From assembly GCA_963666975.2 (NCBI GenBank), contig CAXVYR010000003.1:896001-960000 (forward strand): a stretch of 64,000 nt of DNA, read 5' to 3'. Under the pieces are notes generated by a model, which searched no databases, was not told the DNA's origin, and saw only the letters and a program-made list of their open reading frames with translations. The position numbers and the translations under genes were made by a program. This document shows, one piece after another, positions 47,001 to 54,701 of this stretch. The stretch is from Terriglobia bacterium (GTDB lineage: Bacteria; Acidobacteriota; Terriglobia; 2-12-FULL-54-10). Every line of letters begins with the position of its first letter. The stretch's first letter is position 1.

Positions 47001-49276
47001 ACAGAAGATTTTTGGTGAAAGTAATTTATGCTTCGTTGCTTTGTGTCCTCGGTGTCTCCGCGGCTCAATCCCAGACGCTGGTGACGATCACCGACACCCT
47101 CAAGAACGCCGACGGAACGAACGCAGCCGGCCGTGTGGTGATCTCCTGGGACCCGTTCACCGCCGCAAGCGGCGAGACGGTTGACGGTGGCACGATCCCC
47201 TACACGATCACAAACGGTGTCGTCAACCTTTCCCTGGCTCCGAACATTGGGGCCACGCCTGCCGGGACGAGCTACCGGGCTCAATACTATTTGACCAACC
47301 GGGCGAGCTACCGGGAAACGTGGGTGGTCCCGGCAACAGGGCCGGTGACGATCGCGGCCATTCGTGTGACCACGGTCCCTTCGCCAACCGTGACATTCAA
47401 TGCCGCCTTGCAGCTCACCAACTTCGATATGAGCACGCAGACGTTCACCCGGCCGGTGAAGCTGGGGACGACCCTACCGGCGACTTGCACCCTGGGAGAT
47501 CTGTTCGTGGACACCGATCTCACTCCGGCCGGGCAGCAGCTTTACCTTTGCACAGCGACCGATACATGGACACTGGTGGGCGACGGCGGCGGCGCCGGGT
47601 CAGGCATCACCAGCCTGAACGGATTGACGGCGGCGACGCAGACCTTCGCAGTTCCCGGAACCACAGGCACGGTGCCGACCTGGTCCTCGGCTACCTCGAT
47701 CCACACGCTGAATATCCCGTTGGCGGCGACGGCCAGCGTCACGGCCGGGCTGCTGAGCAAAACCGATTACGACACATTCAACGCCAAAGAAAGCACGCTG
47801 ACGTTCAGCTCGCCGCTATCGCGCTCGGTCAACACGATCTCTTGCGCGACCTGTTCGGTTTCAGGCCATACGCACACGGAAGCGAACATCACGGACTTGG
47901 CCCACCGAACCGCCGGGGTCGGCATCGGACTTTCGGTAAACGACCTGAGCCTGGACCTCGCAGAGCTAGTCGTAAACCAGACGATCTTCAATTCAGCCAA
48001 CGCCAGCCGCACGATTACATTCGGGCTATCCGGAGCTACGGACCCGGTCCTGACTTTGGCAGACGGGGTGTTCAATGTCTCAACTGGAACCCTTCAACAG
48101 GCAGGGACGGCGGTATCGCTGAGCGGGCACACGCACGTCGAGGCGAATATCACCGATCTGAGCCACGCCGATGCCTCGAAGCTCCCGCTGGCCGGCGGAA
48201 CGATGACCGGCGAGCTGGTCCTTCGGGCGGCAGGTGCAGCGATCTCAGGCGGGGGCCTGGTGGACTGCGATAACCCCACCACCTCGAAGCTGCTCTGGGA
48301 TATCACGACTGCGCGACTCTCTTGCGGAACCGACCAGGGCGGCGGAGGCGGGATCACAAACCTGGAAGGACAAACCGGCGCGACCCAAACTTTCACCGAT
48401 GACACCAACGTAACCATCGTGAGCGCCGCCGATGCCCATGTGATCACCTGGGCCGGGACGCTTGCGGTTGCTCGTGGCGGCCTGGGCGTCGGCACCATCA
48501 CCGGGTTGATGCAGGGGAATGGCACCAGCGCAGTCACCGGGATAACCAATTCCTCAACTGTGGGACAAGTCTTGCGCGTCACAGGAGCAAGCGCCTACGG
48601 ATTCGGCGCGCTTGATCTGGCGGATGGGGATGCGGTGACGGGCTTGCTGCCGGATGGAAATGTCGCGGCCTCTCTCATGCGGGATTCGGAGTTGGCGGCG
48701 TTCACGGTCACAAAGACGAATATGACCTACGACGCCGAGGGGACGGGGAACGTAATCACGCTTCCATTTCTCATCAACTACAAGGCTGCCGTCTGTCAGA
48801 ACGCCACGGCAACGGGAGGGTTCAGTGAGCCGACGAGCAACGCCCCGGCGGCGACCTGCGTTACGGGAACCAACACGCAATTCGGGACGGCGGCCTTTGA
48901 CGCAGCCACGGATGAGTCCGTGCAGGACAGGTTCACGCTTCCCTCCGACTGGACAGGGAATATCGACCTTGCCTTGATCTGGAGGGCGGCGGCGACGACC
49001 GGGAACGCAGCGTGGGACCTGCAAACAGTGTGCGTGGACGACGCCGAGACGGGCGACCCGGCTTTTAACGTCGCACAGGAAGTGGTGGACGCGGCCAAGG
49101 GGACGGCGAACCAGTTCAACGACGCCTCCATATCGACCGTGACCGTTACCGGCTGCACGGCAGGGGATACGTTCTTCTTCAAGTTCTTCCGCGACGCCAA
49201 TGATGCCACCAATGACACCATGACAGGAGACGCGGAGCTAATCTCGCTGACATTCACCATCAGGAGGGCTATGTAA
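46997..49276 (+). CDS. Fibre/receptor-binding-like protein 2 with signal peptide
   Basis: MNRRFLVKVIYASLLCVLGVSAAQS-Q; N-domain paralogous to 44837; GHTHTEANITDL, LPLAGGTMTG fibre motifs. Confidence 0.7.
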   Translation: MNRRFLVKVIYASLLCVLGVSAAQSQTLVTITDTLKNADGTNAAGRVVISWDPFTAASGETVDGGTIPYTITNGVVNLSLAPNIGATPAGTSYRAQYYLTNRASYRETWVVPATGPVTIAAIRVTTVPSPTVTFNAALQLTNFDMSTQTFTRPVKLGTTLPATCTLGDLFVDTDLTPAGQQLYLCTATDTWTLVGDGGGAGSGITSLNGLTAATQTFAVPGTTGTVPTWSSATSIHTLNIPLAATASVTAGLLSKTDYDTFNAKESTLTFSSPLSRSVNTISCATCSVSGHTHTEANITDLAHRTAGVGIGLSVNDLSLDLAELVVNQTIFNSANASRTITFGLSGATDPVLTLADGVFNVSTGTLQQAGTAVSLSGHTHVEANITDLSHADASKLPLAGGTMTGELVLRAAGAAISGGGLVDCDNPTTSKLLWDITTARLSCGTDQGGGGGITNLEGQTGATQTFTDDTNVTIVSAADAHVITWAGTLAVARGGLGVGTITGLMQGNGTSAVTGITNSSTVGQVLRVTGASAYGFGALDLADGDAVTGLLPDGNVAASLMRDSELAAFTVTKTNMTYDAEGTGNVITLPFLINYKAAVCQNATATGGFSEPTSNAPAATCVTGTNTQFGTAAFDAATDESVQDRFTLPSDWTGNIDLALIWRAAATTGNAAWDLQTVCVDDAETGDPAFNVAQEVVDAAKGTANQFNDASISTVTVTGCTAGDTFFFKFFRDANDATNDTMTGDAELISLTFTIRRAM

Positions 49277-49572
49277 TGTCTCTATACACCAGACTCACTG
49301 GAATTGACCGGGCAGAAAATGAGCCGAAGCTGGCTATCCATTCGCTGTTTGCCTTGCTGTCGGAGCGGAAGCGCGGGCGGCTGACCAATCAACAAGTCCT
49401 CGATTCTTTGGGTCTGTCGGCATTGGAAAAGACCGAGCTAATTGTGCTGGTTGGAAAAATCATAGACAGCACCCTCGATGCAGGCGAGGTGGAAGATGTC
49501 TTACTTTTAGCCGAGCAGGGGGTGCCGCCCTACGACACGGAGGCGGCGGTCAAGTCTCGCCTGGGGGTTTAA
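49276..49572 (+). CDS. Small protein, possible fibre chaperone
   Basis: Coupled by TAATG overlaps on both sides. Confidence 0.55.
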   Translation: MSLYTRLTGIDRAENEPKLAIHSLFALLSERKRGRLTNQQVLDSLGLSALEKTELIVLVGKIIDSTLDAGEVEDVLLLAEQGVPPYDTEAAVKSRLGV

Positions 49573-50876
49573 TGTTGATTAGAAATATACTTTTTCTCAT
49601 CCTGCTGTTTGCGAGCACCGCCCTTGCCGATCTCGGCGCAAAAGTCGGGTCCTTCGCTATATCAACGGGCGCGGCGACAACCACGCAGACCATTTCCGGC
49701 GTCGGATTTCAACCTAAACTCATCATCTTTTGGTGGTCTGGCCGGGTCACTGCTGTTGACGCTGTGGGCCGGGCGACTCATGTTCTTGGACGAGGGGCTA
49801 CTGACGGGACGAATCGATGGGCGAATGCCGGCAGGTCAGCAGATGCCCTTGGAACTTCTGAAACCTCCAGAAGGACTACAAATCTCGCCCTTATTATGGA
49901 CATCGATTCTTCCGGCAACGAAGCCGCAGCAGCCGATATCGACGCGATGCTTACCGATGGATTTCGTATCATCATCGACAACCAATTCGCGTCGGCTTTC
50001 AGGATTCACTATCTCGCCCTGGGTGGAAGCGACATCACGGGAGCGTTTGTCGGAACCTATGATGTGACGGCCGGGACCGGAAACTTCTCCGTGACGGGAG
50101 TAGGCTTTCAGCCAGAGTTTGTGTTCTTTAGCTCGCCTATGGCATCGGATACCGCAGAGGTTGCCGGTACGGATGGTCAAACCGGGGACAATATGGGGGC
50201 CGCTGTATCTTCGACCGCGCGGGCAACCTTGGCCGGATCCAGCTTTGACGCTCTGGGGACTTCAGACACCGCCTCGTATATTTATTCGGGCGAGGCGCTC
50301 TCCGGGATGAGCAGCACATCCTCCATGTCCCGCCGCTACGATTTCGTTTCGATGGACGCAGACGGCTTTACGATTAACAGGGTAGAAAACAATCCCGTTG
50401 TCCAATTCTATGCGGCCTTGGCCGGGCCGAGCTTTACCGTTGGAACGCTCACCACGCAGACGGACACGACGACCGACATCGCAGAGAGCGGCCTCGGCTT
50501 CCAGCCTTCCGCCATCATGTTCTTTTCGGCGGGCAGGGCGGAATCTACGGCGGACACTCCGACCGCCGACGAAATGATAACTATTGGAGCGGGGACGGGC
50601 ACAACGGAGCGCGGGGTCCAGGCAATACGAGATGAGGATAACGTAGCCACCACGGAAGTCACAACGGCAATCGAATTTGATGCGGTGTACGCCAATTTAT
50701 CGTCTGGGGCCATCGCGGGCTTGATGGACATCAAATCCATAGACTCGGACGGATTCACGGCAATCATGGATGACGCCGATCCGAGCGGGATGCTCGTCTG
50801 GTATTGGGCCATTGGAAATCCTCCGGCCATAGGCTTAACCCCGGCGGGGATCATCAACAACCCGCTGGGGTTCTAG
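49572..50876 (+). CDS. Secreted beta-repeat protein (3x GVGFQP...DGFT), last gene of the cluster
   Basis: MLIRNILFLILLFASTALA-D signal; three internal repeats. Confidence 0.65.
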   Translation: MLIRNILFLILLFASTALADLGAKVGSFAISTGAATTTQTISGVGFQPKLIIFWWSGRVTAVDAVGRATHVLGRGATDGTNRWANAGRSADALGTSETSRRTTNLALIMDIDSSGNEAAAADIDAMLTDGFRIIIDNQFASAFRIHYLALGGSDITGAFVGTYDVTAGTGNFSVTGVGFQPEFVFFSSPMASDTAEVAGTDGQTGDNMGAAVSSTARATLAGSSFDALGTSDTASYIYSGEALSGMSSTSSMSRRYDFVSMDADGFTINRVENNPVVQFYAALAGPSFTVGTLTTQTDTTTDIAESGLGFQPSAIMFFSAGRAESTADTPTADEMITIGAGTGTTERGVQAIRDEDNVATTEVTTAIEFDAVYANLSSGAIAGLMDIKSIDSDGFTAIMDDADPSGMLVWYWAIGNPPAIGLTPAGIINNPLGF

Positions 50877-51231
50877 CAAGGAGTGCCGAGTTGAGCAGCA
50901 ATAGAAACAATGGAACCTTCACTGGAGTGTATCAGCCGGTTCACGTCGAATTGCCATTGCCGGAGATCATGCCCCATGCTGGCCTTCTGTTCACCGGCAT
51001 ATCAATTTTTTAATGATGATACGGCGCAATCGATTGCCGGCGGAAATGTTCCCGACTGCTTGCCTGTTGGGAGTTCCGGCGAGATGCCTGCCCGCCGAGG
51101 CCGGCAGGACGGATCATCGGCCCCGTGCGCTGTAATCTGCAAAAAGAGGGTGGTCCGGCTGGACGGCCTGCCGCAATCAACGATTCACAAGCTGTCGATC
51201 GGCAAGCCGTCCCCGGAATCAATGGTGGGTC

Positions 51232-52722
51232 TTACTTTTTCTTGCCGGGCCTCTCGACCACGAATCCCCATTTCTCTTCTGACCGCCGCCGCCACTCCGG
51301 TGAGGGCATGTTGACGACGGGAAATTCGTTGCGCCACTCCCAGGGACGGGTGGCGTCGATGATGGCGCGGGAGTTCATCAGCTTGCCGGCCTTCTTGTCA
51401 GCCGGGCTGATGCGCGGATCGAGCAAAGTGCTCCAGGCCCGCTTGATGATGTCAATCGAGCTTTCCGGATCAGACCGTGTGGACACGGCCCACATCAGTT
51501 CTTCCAGATTGGTCACGTCAATGTCATCGTCCACCACGATCACATACCGGCCTGCGTAAGCTCCCACGTGGCACATGGCGGCAACGTGTCCCGCCTGGCG
51601 CGCGTGGCCTGGATACTTCTGCTCGATCGAAACCGCCACCAGCATCCGCGCGCCTCCCGCTTCGTGGCACCAGACTCCCGTGATGCCGGGAACGCTGGCT
51701 TTCTCCATTTCCTGATGCAGCAGCGCGGACCGCTGAATGGCGCGGAACCGTTGCTGCTCATCCGGAGGCCGCTGTGGCGGGAAGCCCGTCACGATCGGAT
51801 CGTTCCGGTAATACACCGCTTTGATGTCCATCACGGGCTCTTTCCGTTCGCCGCTGGCGTAGTATCCGGTCCACTCGCCGAAGGGCCCCTCGTCCCGCTT
51901 GTTGTCCTCTGCCACGTAGCCTTCAAATACGATCTCGGCATCTGCCGGGATGGGCAAACCGGTTACTCTGCCCTTGATCACAGGGTATGCCTCCCCGCGC
52001 AAGCCGCCCACCCAATCGTACTCGCTGACGCCAAACGGCAACTCCGTGCAGGCAGCCACCAGCAGCAGCGGATCTCCCCCTACCACAATGAGGGCGGGTA
52101 GAGCTGCGCCTCTTTTCCACCATTTTTCCCGATGGATGCGGCCGTGCTTGCCGGGAGAGATGTAGAAGCCGACGGTCTTTTTGTCCATCGACATCACCCG
52201 GTAGGTTCCCAAATTGATCGAACCGGTGTCCGGATCGCTCGTAATGTCGTAACTGCCGGTGCCGATGTAGGCCCCCCCGTCTTTTTCGTGCCATCTGGGG
52301 GAGGGGAAGATATCCACATTCACATCGTCGCCCTTCTGCACGTTCTCGAGCACCGGACCGTCGTCCACGTACTCGGTCGCGATCGGGTGGCTATTTTCAA
52401 TCATCTCCAGAATCCGGCGGCTGAGGTCCTTCTTGTTCAGGTCGGTGGGAAGGCCATAAGTCAATGCCATGCGCGCCGGAGTTCCGTAGGAATTTGCCAG
52501 GACGCGGAAGCCCTTCTTGTGGCCGGGGATCGAATCGAATATCACAGCGGGCGCATCGTCATGGTGCTGAAGTAACTCGGTAGCCATCCCGATGTCGGTT
52601 TTGCAATCAGCGCCCTCGACAATACGGAGGTCACCCATTTCAGCCAACTTGTCCATCCATCCGCGCAGTCCGTCGTAAGGGAGCATTCCCCCTTTCACTG
52701 GGACAGTTTTCAGTGTGGCCAT
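51232..52722 (-). CDS. UbiD-family prFMN-dependent decarboxylase
   Basis: NLGTYR, EIVFEG, EGPFGEWTGYY, VVDDDIDV, IIDAT. Confidence 0.92.
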   Translation of the reverse strand: MATLKTVPVKGGMLPYDGLRGWMDKLAEMGDLRIVEGADCKTDIGMATELLQHHDDAPAVIFDSIPGHKKGFRVLANSYGTPARMALTYGLPTDLNKKDLSRRILEMIENSHPIATEYVDDGPVLENVQKGDDVNVDIFPSPRWHEKDGGAYIGTGSYDITSDPDTGSINLGTYRVMSMDKKTVGFYISPGKHGRIHREKWWKRGAALPALIVVGGDPLLLVAACTELPFGVSEYDWVGGLRGEAYPVIKGRVTGLPIPADAEIVFEGYVAEDNKRDEGPFGEWTGYYASGERKEPVMDIKAVYYRNDPIVTGFPPQRPPDEQQRFRAIQRSALLHQEMEKASVPGITGVWCHEAGGARMLVAVSIEQKYPGHARQAGHVAAMCHVGAYAGRYVIVVDDDIDVTNLEELMWAVSTRSDPESSIDIIKRAWSTLLDPRISPADKKAGKLMNSRAIIDATRPWEWRNEFPVVNMPSPEWRRRSEEKWGFVVERPGKKK

Positions 52723-52958
52723 TGGTGTATCTCCTTCGGATATAAAGTAGCGGATATCGTGACTAATATCCCACGGGAAACCTTTGACGGTCAAGAGGGC
52801 CCTGGCCTCGTGAATGCGCCCCTGCAAAGAACACGCGGATAGGTTATTGCTCTTTGCACTTGCTTGGTGTAAAAAGAGTTCAGCTTGTTCGGGCACGCAA
52901 CAGCGGCATATCCACGGACCTGGCGGATCCAAAACAGCTTGGGGAAAGAGAGGAACCG

Positions 52959-54335
52959 ATGAAGAAGTGGCACTACACACTCGTGCTGGCGGCTGTTTTT
53001 TTGCTTGCCTCGTGCCAGTCTGCGCAGCAAACCAACACGGCCCCAGAGATCACGGTCATCGAAGGAGCAACCGTAATCGACGGCGTTTCTGACACGCCAA
53101 TCGAAGATGCGGTGATCGTGATTGCAGGGGATACGATCCAAAGTATTGGAAAGCGCGGCAGCGTGGAACCTCCAGCCGGCGCGCGGACAATCAACGCAGC
53201 CGGAAAAACCATCCTGCCCGGCATGTTCCACCTCCACGGGCATGTGGCGATGAGCGAAGGCTTCGATCGGCGTATGGAAAACTACACGCGGGAGCGCGTC
53301 CAGCGTGACGCCAATTCCTACCTCTATTATGGAATCACGCACTCGATCTCGCTCGGACTCGATCAGGAACCGATGCTGGGTTTTCTAGCCGATCAACGCG
53401 CGGGACGGACGGGTGGAGCGCGCCTCTACTCGGCCGGGCTCGGCTTCGCCGCAAAAGATGGTTGGCAGCCGGCGGGCGTCGAGGAGATCAACCGGCCGAC
53501 GACACCGGAGGAGGCGCGGGCTATGGTGCGGAAAGAATTAGAGAAGCGTCCCGACGTCCTGAAGATATGGGTGGATGACCGGCTCGGCGAGCTTCCCAAA
53601 ATCACGCCGGAGCTGTATGGCGCGATCATCGAAGAAGCACACAGAAACAACGTAAAAGTGCTTGCGCACATGTTCTACCTGGAAGACGCCAAGGAGCTGA
53701 TGCGCCGCGGATTGGACGCTCTGGCTCACAGCGTTCGGGACAAGGAAGTGGATGAGGAATTTCTGGCGCTGGCCAAAGAACACGGTGTCACGCAGGTGGC
53801 GACACTGGTGGGCCATTACGGCAACCTGACCTTCCCACAAGACACGTCGTACCTCGACGATCCCGGAGTGCCGCTGATGGTCCCGGCCGACGTGCTCGAA
53901 ACATTGCGCAGCGAGGTGTATCAAAACGAACAGGCAGCCAGCCCGACCATAGAACAGAGGCGGCGTCAATACGAAACCGCGCTCAAAAACACGGCGGCGA
54001 TTGCGGCAGCCGGCATCCCGATCGCGGTCGGGACCGACTCCAGCGGGGCCAGCCGGATCCAGGGACTGTGGGAGCATCGCGAGATGGAGCATCTGGTGAA
54101 GGCGGGCCTGACACCGATGCAAGCCATTCAGGCAGCTACGATGAATGGCGCGAAGCTGCTCGGTGTCGAGGACAAATATGGGTCGCTGGAACCGGGCAAG
54201 GTGGCTGACCTGGTCGTGCTGAACGCAAACCCTCTTTCCGATATTACTAATTCGCTGCAAATCGACGCAGTCTGGATGAGTGGAAAACAGGTTAACCGCG
54301 CCGCACTAGGGCACTACGGCTCCGGCACGTATTAA
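52959..54335 (+). CDS. Lipoprotein amidohydrolase
   Basis: LLASC lipobox; PGMFHLHGH; GTDS; GSLEPGKVADLVVL. Confidence 0.88.
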   Translation: MKKWHYTLVLAAVFLLASCQSAQQTNTAPEITVIEGATVIDGVSDTPIEDAVIVIAGDTIQSIGKRGSVEPPAGARTINAAGKTILPGMFHLHGHVAMSEGFDRRMENYTRERVQRDANSYLYYGITHSISLGLDQEPMLGFLADQRAGRTGGARLYSAGLGFAAKDGWQPAGVEEINRPTTPEEARAMVRKELEKRPDVLKIWVDDRLGELPKITPELYGAIIEEAHRNNVKVLAHMFYLEDAKELMRRGLDALAHSVRDKEVDEEFLALAKEHGVTQVATLVGHYGNLTFPQDTSYLDDPGVPLMVPADVLETLRSEVYQNEQAASPTIEQRRRQYETALKNTAAIAAAGIPIAVGTDSSGASRIQGLWEHREMEHLVKAGLTPMQAIQAATMNGAKLLGVEDKYGSLEPGKVADLVVLNANPLSDITNSLQIDAVWMSGKQVNRAALGHYGSGTY

Positions 54336-54350
54336 CCGCGTTCGATAGTA

Positions 54351-54381
54351 TTGACAGACGACGCCCGCCGGAAGGTATAAT
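54351..54381 (+). promoter_or_regulatory. Consensus -35/-10 hexamers with a 19-bp spacer
   Basis: TTGACA-19 nt-TATAAT upstream of the kinase. Confidence 0.4.
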
Positions 54382-54701
54382 TTATCTCTACGCTGTTCAG
54401 GCGCTGGGAATAGTATGTAGGAATTTTTCTAGCGGGCAAGTTGGGAGGATAGAAGGCCGGCTTCCACATCGTGTATGCGCAACCGGAGGTGCCGGTGTAA
54501 AGCTGTGCCATTTACGTTGGCCTAAATCCAAAATATCCTGCTCTCGGCCCGCCTGGCAGCAAAGAAATCCCCACGCCCCCTTACAAGCCACGGCATCAGA
54601 AGAGCGCGCCGAAACCGGCGGCTCGCCGAAACGGCTCGTCATAGCATCTTGAGTCATCGAAGGTATAGAAATTAACCCATTGGTGTTTTCCGGAAGGTTC
54701 G

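Larger units (their letters stand above)
23262..50876 (+). mobile_element. Mu-late-operon-like head plus non-contractile tail cluster without early genes (GTA-like element or cryptic prophage)
   Basis: About 26 co-oriented, often overlapping genes from lysin to fibres; directly flanked by host genes. Confidence 0.8.

Noticed and set aside
31972-47066. CRISPR array from the recurring gaagcagagg/ccacagag motifs
   Set aside because: No constant repeat-spacer periodicity and no cas genes; these are dispersed hairpins.
44837-50876. Diversity-generating retroelement or invertible fibre cassette
   Set aside because: No reverse transcriptase, no TR/VR pair differing at adenines and no invertase beside the fibres.
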